Shown in pieces: positions 17,694 through 27,876 of a stretch of 64,000 nucleotides of DNA. Below the pieces are notes generated by a model. That model saw only the letters and a list, made by a program, of their open reading frames with translations. It did no database searches and was not told where the DNA came from. Location: NCBI GenBank assembly GCA_964589935.1, contig CAZPVD010000009.1:88969-152968 (forward strand), given 5' to 3'. The translations under genes and the position numbers were made by a program. How positions within the stretch are numbered: position 1 is the first letter of the stretch; every line of letters begins with the position of its first letter. This DNA comes from an uncultured Verrucomicrobiota bacterium. GTDB taxonomy: Bacteria; Verrucomicrobiota; Verrucomicrobiia; Limisphaerales; VHCN01.

Positions 17694-18806
17694 ATGATTT
17701 CCCGGCGTGCTGCAATGCGATTGCTCGGCGGCGCGGTGTTGTCCTGCGTGACGGCCCGCGCGGTCGCGCCGGCGCTGATCGAGGAAGTCCGCGTGTCGCA
17801 AGATGGGAAAGGCTTCGTGCTCGTGCCGTCGGAAAAGCCGTTCACGCCGTGGGGCTTCAACTACGATCATGACGAGAAGGGGCGTCTGATCGAGGATTAT
17901 TGGGACGCGGAGTGGGAGAAGGTTTCCGAGGACTTCCACGAGATGCGCGACCTCGGCGCGAACGTCGTGCGCGTGCATTTGCAGTTCGGCAGGTTCATGC
18001 GCGCCGCCGACACGCCGAATCCTGACGCGCTGCGGCAGCTCGCGCGGCTCGTGAACCTTTGCGAGAAGCTCAACCTCCACCTCGATCTCACCGGCCTCGG
18101 CTGCTACCACAAGGCCGACGTGCCCGTGTGGTATGACGCGCTCGACGAGCGCGCGCGGTGGACGGCGCAGGCGAAATTCTGGGAGGCCATCGCGCTGCGC
18201 TGCGCGAACAGCCCGGCGATCTTCTGCTACGACCTGATGAACGAGCCGGTCGTCGCCGGCGCGCCGCGCGGGGCAGGGGACTGGCTTGGGCCGCCGTTTG
18301 CCGGGAAGCACTTCGTTCAATGCATCACGCTTGACGCCGCCGGACGCGAACCGCATGCCGTCGCGCGCGAATGGATTCGCACGCTTTCCGCAGCCATTCG
18401 CAGCCGCGACAAAGCTCACCTCATCACGGTTGGCCTCGTGGACTGGAGCCTTGACCGGCCCGGCCTGCGCAGCGGTTTCGTTCCGGACAAGATCGTTGGC
18501 GACCTCGATTTTCTCTGCGTGCATCAATACCCGAACAAGGGCGAAGTCGCGAAGGCGCTCGATACGCTGCGCGGTTTCGTGGTCGGCAAGCCGGTGGTGA
18601 TCGAGGAGACCTTTCCGCTGCGCTGTTCGATGGGCGAGTTCGGGGAATTTATCAACGGTTCACGCAAACACGCGTCCGGCTGGATTGGCTTCTACTGGGG
18701 CGCGACACCGGCGGAATTGCGGAAGTCGAAGGAGATTTCCGCCGCGTTCATGCTGCGCTGGCTGGAGTATTTCGAGAAGCACAAGCCGGCCGTATCCCCG
18801 CAGTAA
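17694..18806 (+). CDS. Glycoside hydrolase, GH5-like TIM barrel, Tat/Sec-secreted
   Basis: MISRRAAMRLLGGAVL twin-Arg-like signal. Conserved NEP acid/base motif (LMNEPVV). Typical GH5 spacing with a second Glu region (VIEETF). Confidence 0.6.
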   Translation: MISRRAAMRLLGGAVLSCVTARAVAPALIEEVRVSQDGKGFVLVPSEKPFTPWGFNYDHDEKGRLIEDYWDAEWEKVSEDFHEMRDLGANVVRVHLQFGRFMRAADTPNPDALRQLARLVNLCEKLNLHLDLTGLGCYHKADVPVWYDALDERARWTAQAKFWEAIALRCANSPAIFCYDLMNEPVVAGAPRGAGDWLGPPFAGKHFVQCITLDAAGREPHAVAREWIRTLSAAIRSRDKAHLITVGLVDWSLDRPGLRSGFVPDKIVGDLDFLCVHQYPNKGEVAKALDTLRGFVVGKPVVIEETFPLRCSMGEFGEFINGSRKHASGWIGFYWGATPAELRKSKEISAAFMLRWLEYFEKHKPAVSPQ

Positions 18807-18922
18807 AGCGCTCCAATGTCGAAGATTTTTGCAACACCGCTTGACAAGCCGCGTGCATGTGCGATGAGCAACACGCAACGGCCGGTGCGTTAACCCGGCC
18901 GGAAGCATCAGTGAGGTTCGAC

Positions 18923-20408
18923 ATGATTCACTTGCCAGCACCGATGCGCGCCATTCGACATTGCGCGCCAGTTCTTCTGTTCCTGTTGATTGCGAACTCC
19001 GTGTGCGCGATGGACACGCTCGCCGCGATCAAGCAGCGCGGCGTGCTCAAGTGGGGCGCGGACGCCGAGGGCGGCGCACCGTATGTCTTTCCCGATCCGC
19101 AGCGGCCAGAGAAATACACTGGCTTCGAGTTTGACCTCGCCGAGGCGCTTGCCGCGAAGCTTGGCGTGAAGGCGCAGTTGGTGCAGAACAGTTGGGACCA
19201 GCTCGTGCCCGCGCTGAACCGCGGCAACTTCGACATCATCCTGAACGGCCTCGAACTGACGCCTGAAAATCAGCGGCAGAACGCGATGACGCGGCCTTAC
19301 TTTGCCTATTCGCAGCAGATCGTCACGCGCACGGAAGCTGAAGGGCTGCTGAAGCTGGAGGATTTGAAAGGCCGCAAGACCGGCGTGCTGTCGTCGTCCG
19401 TTGCGCAACGGCTCGTGGAGAAAATGGGCGGCAGTGACGTGAAGATTTATCCCGGCAACGTCGAGTCGTTCCGCGACTTGAAGGCCGGACGCATTGACGC
19501 CGTGGTGCTCGATCTGCCCATCGCGGTTTTCTATGCGAAGCCCGATGCGGAGTTGAAGTTCTCAGGCACGCCGTTTGCGCCGGGGTTTTACGGCATCGGC
19601 GTCCGCTCGGACGACAAGACCCTGCTGACCGCGCTGAACACCGCCATCGGGGAACTCGCCGCCGACCACACGCTCGAAAACATCTACCGCAAATACGGCC
19701 TTTGGGACGAGAGCCAGGAGCGTTTGAAAGATTACAAGCCGGAGGCGGCGTCGCAGTCGCAGCAGGTCTCGACGTTGCGCGAATGGCCGAAGTATCTGCC
19801 GCTGCTGCTGCGCGGCGCGGTCACGACGATCGAGCTGTCGCTGATTTCGATGCTGCTCGCCGTGGTCGTCGGCCTCGTGCTCGCACTCGGCCGGCTTTAC
19901 GGCATCGCGCCCGTGCGCTGGTTCTGCATCAGCTACATCGAGGTCGTGCGCGGCACGCCGCTGTTGATCCAGCTTTACCTGATTTACTACGGCCTGCCGA
20001 ACATCGGCATCCGCTTCGAAGCCTTCACCGCCGCGGTGCTGGGGCTTGGCTTGAACTACGCCGCGAACGAGGCGGAAAATTACCGCGCGGGCATCCAAGC
20101 CGTCCCGCGTGGCCAGATGGAGGCCGCGCTCGCGCTGGGCCTTACGCGCGCACAGGCCTTGCGGCGCATCATCATGCCGCAGGCGTTCCGGCTCGTCATC
20201 CCGCCGATGAACAACGACTTCATCGCGATGTTCAAGGACTCGTCCATCGTATCCGTCATCACGATGGTCGAGTTGACGAAAGTGTATGGGATGCTCGCGA
20301 TGTCCACCTACGATTACATCGGCCTGGGACTGATGACGGCTGGGATTTATTTCGCGTTGAGCTACCCGGCCTCGATTTTTGCGAACCGTCTCGAACAACA
20401 GTTGCGCC

Positions 20409-20422
<14 letters not shown>
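18923..20422 (+). CDS. Polar amino acid ABC transporter, fused substrate-binding domain + permease
   Basis: N-terminal SBP family-3 fold sequence ([15 protein letters not shown]...). C-terminal His/Gln-type permease with EAA loop ([28 protein letters not shown]). Confidence 0.8.
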
Positions 20423-21161
<739 letters not shown>

Positions 21162-21211
21162 CGCGTTCCTCCACGCTTGCCACTCACGCGGCTTTCCCCA
21201 ATCCTCCGCGC

Positions 21212-22279
21212 GTGCAACTTGCCTTTCGCCGCTTTCATTGCGCTCTCGCGCATAAATGGGCCATTGCAAGCAGGCTTGGCCCCGGCGGCAGCGGCGGCAC
21301 GGATACGTTTGAGGTCGCGCTCGTCGAGCTGCGCGACACAGACGGCACGCTTGGTCTCGGCGAAGCAGCGCCCTCGACGCGCTACGCGGAAAATGTGGAC
21401 TCGTGCATCGCGTTCCTCGAACGAGTGGATGCGCGGAAACTTTCCTTCGACGACGTTCCGGGCAGCATGGCGTATCTCGGCGCGCTTTCGCCGGGCGACT
21501 TCGCGCCAAAGTGCGCGCTGAACGTCGCGTTGCTTGACGGCGCGGCGCGGCGCGCGGGCAAGCGCGTTTGTGATTTTCTTGGTCTGGGTTTCGACGAGGG
21601 AGTTCACGTCACGTCGTTCAGCATTGGGATTGATTCGCCGGAAATCATCCGCGAGAAGGTGCTGGCTGCGGAAAACTATCCCGTGCTCAAGCTCAAGGTC
21701 GGCGTGCCCGGGGACCGCGAGAATCTGAAGGCGCTGCGCGAGGCCGCACCGACGAAGCGCGTGCGCGTGGATGCGAACGAAGGCTGGGCCACGAAGGAGG
21801 AGGCGCTGCGCAATCTCGAATGGCTTGCAAGCGATCCGCACATCGAGTTCTGTGAGCAGCCGATGCACGCGGACACGCCCGCCGCGGATTTCAAGTGGCT
21901 CAAGGCGCGCACGCCGTTGCCCATCATGGCTGACGAGTCGTATCGCTCCGCGCAGGACGCCGCGTTGTGCACCGAGTGCTTTCATGCGGTGAACGTGAAG
22001 CTTGTGAAGACCGGCGGCATCACCGGCGCGCACGACGCGCTCGTGGTCGCGCGCAAGGTCGGCCTCAAGACGATGATCGGCTGCATGATCGAGACAAGCG
22101 TGCTTATCACCGCCGCGGCGCATCTCGCGGAGCTGACGGACTACCTCGACATTGACGGCAACCTGCTCATCACGAACGACCCGTTTCAGGGCGCAACCGC
22201 GGAGAAGGGCGTCATCTCGCTTGCAGCCGCGCCAGAGCAGGTCGGGCTAGGAGTAAAGGCTTGCTTGAAAAGTTATTGA
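21212..22279 (+). CDS. Enolase-superfamily protein (dipeptide epimerase / MR-MLE-like)
   Basis: KLKVG, VDANEGW, DE..S metal-ligand spacing. N-terminal capping domain pattern. Confidence 0.7.
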   Translation: MQLAFRRFHCALAHKWAIASRLGPGGSGGTDTFEVALVELRDTDGTLGLGEAAPSTRYAENVDSCIAFLERVDARKLSFDDVPGSMAYLGALSPGDFAPKCALNVALLDGAARRAGKRVCDFLGLGFDEGVHVTSFSIGIDSPEIIREKVLAAENYPVLKLKVGVPGDRENLKALREAAPTKRVRVDANEGWATKEEALRNLEWLASDPHIEFCEQPMHADTPAADFKWLKARTPLPIMADESYRSAQDAALCTECFHAVNVKLVKTGGITGAHDALVVARKVGLKTMIGCMIETSVLITAAAHLAELTDYLDIDGNLLITNDPFQGATAEKGVISLAAAPEQVGLGVKACLKSY

Positions 22280-22339
22280 CATTCCAAGGCATAATCTTTA
22301 CGGGGTGAACACAATCTCTCTGATGAAAGGTTTTTTGGG

Positions 22340-23164
22340 ATGAATGCGTATGTTTATATCTTAGGAACAAGGCGCTCGTGGAAGTATTCCGGAAAATTTA
22401 ACAAGTCGGGTGCCTTTACGTTGATCGAGTTGCTCGTCGTTATTGCAATCATCGCAATTTTGGCCGGCCTTCTGTTGCCTGTGCTTGCCGCGGCGAAAGA
22501 GAAGGGAAAGCTGGCTAAGTGTGTTTCAAATCTTCGCCAGTTCGGCGTCGCCCATTCCGTTTACGCTGACGACAACAGCGAAGTCGTCTTGGAAACCGTC
22601 AATAACGGAGCAGGCGGTGCCTGGCGCGGTCCCGGAGTGATCAATCTGGCCCGCCAGCCAGGCGGTGATTACCTCTGTTTTCAAGTTTTTTCCAACTATG
22701 TAATTGGGGTTCAACCGCCGGCGGGTCCTGGCACAACATGGGATGTCAATGGAGTTTGGTGGTGTCCAAGCATGCCAAAGGCATCGGCCGCAATTGTGCA
22801 GGCTAATGTCAATGGGTTCGGATGGTTTATTACGTCTTACGCTTATTTTGGTCGGGTTGATCGCTGGGCAAACTCAGCCACCCAGCCTACAAACTTGACA
22901 GAGCGATCACTCGCCCCAGACCGTTTGCTGATGCAAGATCACCTGAGCAACAACAGCGGCAATTTATGGGCATACTGCCACGGCAAGATGGCAGGCGTGC
23001 TGACAGATCCTGGCCCGCCCAAGTTTTCTGGTGTGAACCAGCTTTGGGGTGATGGAAGCGTTGCTTGGAAGTCAGTTTCGAAATTCGATGTTCCCAAAAT
23101 GGTTGCACAGAATCCATCCATCGGTTTTGTTAAAGCTAATTTCCCTCAGGCGACTTTTTACTAA
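22340..23164 (+). CDS. Prepilin-type N-terminal cleavage/methylation domain protein (DUF1559, H-X9-DG pseudopilin-like)
   Basis: [24 protein letters not shown] class III signal. DUF1559-like C-terminus ([10 protein letters not shown]). Gene GC is markedly lower (about 50%) than its surroundings. Confidence 0.8.
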   Translation: MNAYVYILGTRRSWKYSGKFNKSGAFTLIELLVVIAIIAILAGLLLPVLAAAKEKGKLAKCVSNLRQFGVAHSVYADDNSEVVLETVNNGAGGAWRGPGVINLARQPGGDYLCFQVFSNYVIGVQPPAGPGTTWDVNGVWWCPSMPKASAAIVQANVNGFGWFITSYAYFGRVDRWANSATQPTNLTERSLAPDRLLMQDHLSNNSGNLWAYCHGKMAGVLTDPGPPKFSGVNQLWGDGSVAWKSVSKFDVPKMVAQNPSIGFVKANFPQATFY

Positions 23165-23333
23165 TCGCTTTCTACCTTTCGATCGGACAATCATGTCTGG
23201 CGCATTGAACTTTTACAAGCGCTCGGCAAGGAAGACTTGATTGCCACTTCCCTGTTGTGCCCGGACCTTCTGTCGTTAACATTCCCTTAGCTCGACTGAA
23301 CAGGCTTTGGCCCCATTGCGTCCATTCCACCCG

Positions 23334-26303
23334 ATGAAACAGGCTGGCTCCATCTTCGCCGCTGCGATGGCGGTTGCGGTCGCCGCATTGCCCGCGCGGG
23401 CGGCGGATACCGCCAAGGATTCCGCGGAAGGACTGGAGTTCTTCGAGAAGAAGATTCGCCCGCTGCTCGCCGACACCTGCTACGAGTGTCACGGCGAGCA
23501 GAAGCACAAGGGCGGACTGCGGCTCGACTCGCGCGAGGGCTGGGCCAAGGGCGGCGACAGCGGCCCCGCGCTCGTGCCGGGCGACGTGGAGGCGAGCCGG
23601 CTCATCATCGCCGTGCGCTACCGCGACAAGGAATTTCAGATGCCGCCGAAGAAACGCCTCACCGACGAGCAGGTCGCGGATTTGGAAAAGTGGGTGAAGC
23701 TCGGCGCGCCCGATCCGCGCACCGACACGCCCGGTGTTGTAAAGAAAGGGCCGATCAACATCGAGGAAGGCCGCAAACATTGGGCGTATCAGTTGCCGAA
23801 GAAACCGCAGTTGCCGCCGGTGAAGGATGCCGCGTGGCCGCGCAACGATATTGACCGCTTCATTCTCGCAAAACTGGAGGAGAAAAAACTCAAGCCCGTC
23901 GCTGATGCGGACCCGCAGACGCTCGTGCGGCGGATTTACTTTGACCTGGTCGGCCTGCCGCCGACACCGGAACAAGTGGACGAGTTCATGCGTGACAGTC
24001 GCTCGCCACTCGGTGATCGGCAGTCGGCGGTGGCAAAGCTCGTGGACCGCCTGCTCGCTTCGCCGCAATTTGGCGAGCGTTGGGGGCGGCACTGGCTCGA
24101 TGTGGCGCGCTACGCGGAGTCGGTCACGCTGCGAGGATTCATCTTCAAGGAGGCGTGGCGTTATCGTGATTACGTCATCACGGCCTTCAACGACGACCTT
24201 CCTTACGACCGGTTCGTGCGCGAGCAGGTTGCGGGCGATTTGCTCCCTGCGGCGACACCTGCCGAACACGCGCGCCAGATGACCGCGACGACGTTCCTCG
24301 CGATGGGCAACAACAACTTCGAGGAGCAGGACAAGAAGCAGCTCGAAATGGACGTGGTGGACGAGCAGCTCGATGTCATCAGCAAGGCGTTCCTCGCGCA
24401 GACCGTCACGTGCGCGCGCTGCCACGACCACAAATTCGATCCCATCCCGACCCGTGATTACTACGCGCTTGCTGGCATTCTCAAGAACTCGCGCCTGCTC
24501 AACCACGCGAACGTCTCGACGTGGGTCGAGATGCCGTTGCCGCTGGCACCGGACGACGAGGCGCCTTACGCGAAGCACGACGCGGCCGTCGCCGCGTTGA
24601 CTGCGCGCATCAAGGACGCGAAGGACGCCGCCGCGAAACTGGCCGCGGCTTCACCGAACAGCGCCGTGACCAAGCCCGGCGCACTCGCAGTGAAGGACCT
24701 TCCCGGAATCGTTGTGGACGACGCGCAGGCGAAACTGGTCGGCGCGTGGAAGAAGTCGCAGTTCTCGGGGAATTACATTGGCGACGGCTACGTGTATGAA
24801 AGCGGCGGGCCGGGCGCGGAAAAGACGGCGACGTTCCAGCCTGAGCTTGCGCGCGCCGGCAAATACGAGGTGCGCCTGGCCTACATCCCGCACACGAACC
24901 GCGCGACCAACACGCACGTGACCATCTTCAGCGCGGACGGCGAGAAGACCGTTCAGGTGAACCAGCGCACGACGCCGCCGATTGACGGACGTTTTGTATC
25001 GCTCGGTCAGCATCGCTTTGAGGCCAATGGACAGGGCTTCGTCATTGTCTCGACCGACGGCGCGAAGGGCGGCGTGGTCGTGGCCGACGCGGTGCAATTT
25101 CTGCCGACGGACTCGCTCGACGCGCCAGTCGCCATCGCAAAACCGGACGACGCGGCAAGGTTCACCAGCGATGCCGCGAAAAAATCTCCCGACTCGAAGG
25201 CGAAGCTTTCAGCCGCCGAGAAAAAAGCCGCGGCGAAAGCCGCGAAGACCGAGGACGTGAAAAAGCTGGAAGACGAGTTGAAGAAACTCACCGAGTCCGG
25301 CCCAAAACGCCCGATGGTGATGACCGTCAAGGAAGAGCCGGAGGTTGGCGACATCCCGGTGCACATCCGCGGCAGCGTGCATAACCTCGGCGAGAAAGCC
25401 CCGCGTGGTTTCCTGCAAGTGGCAAGTTACGGGAAACTATCGGTGATTTCCAGCAAGGAAAGCGGACGGCGCGAACTCGGCGAATGGCTTGCGAGCCGCG
25501 ACAATCCGCTCGCTGCGCGCGTGATGGCCAACCGATGTTGGCACTGGCTGTTCGGCGTCGGCCTCGTGCGCACGACGGACAACTTCGGCACGACCGGCGA
25601 GGCACCGTCGCATCCAGAGCTGCTTGATTATCTCGCGGTGAAGTTCATGGATGATGGTTGGTCGGTGAAGAAGCTCGTCCGCGAGGTGATGCTTTCGCGG
25701 GTTTATCAGCTTGCTTTGGCGAACGATGAAAAATCCGCTGCCGCCGATCCGGAGAACCGCTTGCTCTGGCGCTCGAACCGCCGTCGGCTCGACGGCGAGT
25801 GCATCCGCGACACGATGCTGCTCGTGAGCGGGAAGCTCAACCTCGAACGCGGTGGCGCCACGCTCAAGCCCGGCACGGCGTCGGACTACAACTACAAACA
25901 CACCGACACGCGCCGCAGTGTGTATGAGCCAATGCTTCGCAACGCGCTGCCGGAAGTCCTCGAGGCGTTTGATCTGGCGGACCCGAGCATGGTCACCGGC
26001 CGGCGTAACGTAAGCACCGTCGCCCCGCAGGCCCTGCTCATGATGAACCATCCCTTTGCCATTGAGCAGGCGAAGTCGGCCGCACGCCGCGTGCTCGCAG
26101 AAACCGCTGACGATGCGGCCCGAATCGAGCGCGCCTATCGGCTTGCACTTGGCCGTCCACCGACGGAAGCCGAGAAAAAGCTGGCGCTAAGTTACGTGGG
26201 CTTGCCCGCTGACGGCAAGGAACTGGAAGGTCGCCAACTCGACGCGTGGGCGCAGTTTTTCCAGGCGCTGTTTGCGAGCGTGGATTTCCGTTACTTGAAC
26301 TGA
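23334..26303 (+). CDS. PSCyt1/DUF1549/DUF1553 family secreted protein (Planctomycete cytochrome-C-domain protein)
   Basis: CYECHGEQKHKGGLRLD PSCyt motif. DUF1549 region. C-terminal DUF1553. Large, about 990 aa. Confidence 0.75.
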   Translation: MKQAGSIFAAAMAVAVAALPARAADTAKDSAEGLEFFEKKIRPLLADTCYECHGEQKHKGGLRLDSREGWAKGGDSGPALVPGDVEASRLIIAVRYRDKEFQMPPKKRLTDEQVADLEKWVKLGAPDPRTDTPGVVKKGPINIEEGRKHWAYQLPKKPQLPPVKDAAWPRNDIDRFILAKLEEKKLKPVADADPQTLVRRIYFDLVGLPPTPEQVDEFMRDSRSPLGDRQSAVAKLVDRLLASPQFGERWGRHWLDVARYAESVTLRGFIFKEAWRYRDYVITAFNDDLPYDRFVREQVAGDLLPAATPAEHARQMTATTFLAMGNNNFEEQDKKQLEMDVVDEQLDVISKAFLAQTVTCARCHDHKFDPIPTRDYYALAGILKNSRLLNHANVSTWVEMPLPLAPDDEAPYAKHDAAVAALTARIKDAKDAAAKLAAASPNSAVTKPGALAVKDLPGIVVDDAQAKLVGAWKKSQFSGNYIGDGYVYESGGPGAEKTATFQPELARAGKYEVRLAYIPHTNRATNTHVTIFSADGEKTVQVNQRTTPPIDGRFVSLGQHRFEANGQGFVIVSTDGAKGGVVVADAVQFLPTDSLDAPVAIAKPDDAARFTSDAAKKSPDSKAKLSAAEKKAAAKAAKTEDVKKLEDELKKLTESGPKRPMVMTVKEEPEVGDIPVHIRGSVHNLGEKAPRGFLQVASYGKLSVISSKESGRRELGEWLASRDNPLAARVMANRCWHWLFGVGLVRTTDNFGTTGEAPSHPELLDYLAVKFMDDGWSVKKLVREVMLSRVYQLALANDEKSAAADPENRLLWRSNRRRLDGECIRDTMLLVSGKLNLERGGATLKPGTASDYNYKHTDTRRSVYEPMLRNALPEVLEAFDLADPSMVTGRRNVSTVAPQALLMMNHPFAIEQAKSAARRVLAETADDAARIERAYRLALGRPPTEAEKKLALSYVGLPADGKELEGRQLDAWAQFFQALFASVDFRYLN

Positions 26304-26356
26304 AGCCTTTTGACGCTACAGTGCGTCCAACACAGCGGCGCTGATTTTGTTGAGCC

Positions 26357-27787
26357 ATGTTTGAACCATCCTTTCTCACCCGCCGGCAGGCGTTGAAGTC
26401 CGCCGCGTGCGGCTTCGGCTATCTCGCACTTGCCGGTCTGGCCGCTGACCGCGCGCGCGCCACGACCGATCCGCTTGCGCCGAAGTTGCCGCATTTCAAG
26501 CCGCGCGCCAAGCGCGTCATCTTTCTTTTCATGCAGGGCGGCGTGAGCCACGTGGATTCCTTCGATCACAAACCGCTGCTCGACGAAAAGGACGGCCAGC
26601 TCATGGGCTTCGATGACGCGCGCAAGATCGCCAATTCGGGCAAGCGCGAAGCGTCCTCGCAGCGCGTGATGAAATCGCTCTGGAAATTCGCGCAGCACGG
26701 CCAGTCCGGCCTGTGGGGCAGCGAGCTGTTCCCGGAGATGTGCAAGCACGTGGACGACCTCACGTTCCTTCACTCCGTCACGACCGAGGGCATCGCGCAC
26801 GGGCCGGCCACGCTCTTCCTGCACTGCGGCGCGACGCAATTCATCCGGCCCTCGATGGGTTCGTGGATCACCTACGGCCTCGGCACGGAGAACGCGAACC
26901 TGCCGGCCTTCGTCACGATTTCACCGAGTGCGGGCAACGGCGGCGCACGCAACTACGGCAACGCCTTTCTTCCGTCTGTTTATCAGGGCACCGCGCTGGG
27001 CAAGGCCGGCGCGCCCGCGAGCGAAGCGACCATCCGCAACCTCGCCAACCCGCAGTTGAAGGGCGCGGAGCAGCGACGGCAGTTCGATTTGCTGCAGGCG
27101 ATGAACGCGGAGCAGTTGAAGCGCAGCCTTGGCGACAACGAGCTGGAGGCGGTCATCAACTCCTACGAGCTTGCGTGGCGCATGCAGGGCAGCGCGCCGG
27201 ACGTGCTTGATTTGTCGAAGGAAACCGACGCGACGAAGCAGCTCTACGGCATCGGCGAGGCGAAGACGGACAACTTCGGACGCCAGTGCCTCATGGCGCG
27301 GCGGCTGTGCGAGGCGGGCGTGCGCTATATCCAGGTGACTTACGGTGACAACACGGCCAATCCCGCGTGGGACCAGCACTCGAATATGCCGAAGCACAAG
27401 GACCACGCGCTTGCCTGCGACAAACCCATCGCCGGACTGCTCGCGGACTTGAAGCAGCGCGGCTTGCTCGAAGACACCATCGTCTGGTGGGGCGGCGAGT
27501 TTGGCCGCACGCCTTACGCCGAGAAGAACGGCACGGGCCGCGATCACAATCCCGGCGGTTTCACCGTGTGGCTTGCGGGCGGCGGCTTCAAGCCCGGCAC
27601 GGGTTTCGGAGCGACCGACGAATGGGGCCATCTCGCCGTCGAGGACAAGATTCACATGCACGACCTGCACGCGACGATTCTTCATCAACTCGGCCTCGAC
27701 CACGAGAAGCTCACCTACCGTTACGACGGCCGGCCTTTCCGCCTCACTGACGTGCATGGGCACGTGGTGAAGGAAATCATTGCCTAA
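26357..27787 (+). CDS. DUF1501 family protein (sulfatase-like, Tat-exported)
   Basis: Tat signal TRRQALKSAACGF. DUF1501 hallmark regions (WWGGEFGRTP, GRDHNP). Confidence 0.8.
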   Translation: MFEPSFLTRRQALKSAACGFGYLALAGLAADRARATTDPLAPKLPHFKPRAKRVIFLFMQGGVSHVDSFDHKPLLDEKDGQLMGFDDARKIANSGKREASSQRVMKSLWKFAQHGQSGLWGSELFPEMCKHVDDLTFLHSVTTEGIAHGPATLFLHCGATQFIRPSMGSWITYGLGTENANLPAFVTISPSAGNGGARNYGNAFLPSVYQGTALGKAGAPASEATIRNLANPQLKGAEQRRQFDLLQAMNAEQLKRSLGDNELEAVINSYELAWRMQGSAPDVLDLSKETDATKQLYGIGEAKTDNFGRQCLMARRLCEAGVRYIQVTYGDNTANPAWDQHSNMPKHKDHALACDKPIAGLLADLKQRGLLEDTIVWWGGEFGRTPYAEKNGTGRDHNPGGFTVWLAGGGFKPGTGFGATDEWGHLAVEDKIHMHDLHATILHQLGLDHEKLTYRYDGRPFRLTDVHGHVVKEIIA

Positions 27788-27797
27788 AGAATTCGGC

Positions 27798-27865
27798 GGG
27801 ACGAGTTATGCGAGTCCCACGCTAATTCGTGGCGGATGCAGATGAGGACTCGCAAAGCTCGTCCC
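27798..27865. terminator. Bidirectional nested-hairpin terminator between the convergent DUF1501 and NHL-repeat genes
   Basis: GGGACGAG...GCGAGTCC...GGACTCGC...CTCGTCCC double stem seen directly between the stop codons at 27787 and 27877. Confidence 0.45.
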
Positions 27866-27876
27866 TCCGAACGAAA

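Noticed and set aside
18845-18905. TTGACA hexamer plus a CGGCCGG hairpin upstream of the ABC transporter gene, considered as a promoter/riboswitch
   Set aside because: No convincing -10 at correct spacing and no recognisable riboswitch consensus. Too weak to call.
23172-24578. 468-aa minus-strand ORF across the intergenic region and PSCyt gene start
   Set aside because: Arg-rich low-complexity translation. Overlaps the PSCyt/DUF1549 gene, which has a clear CxxCH-like PSCyt motif and signal peptide.
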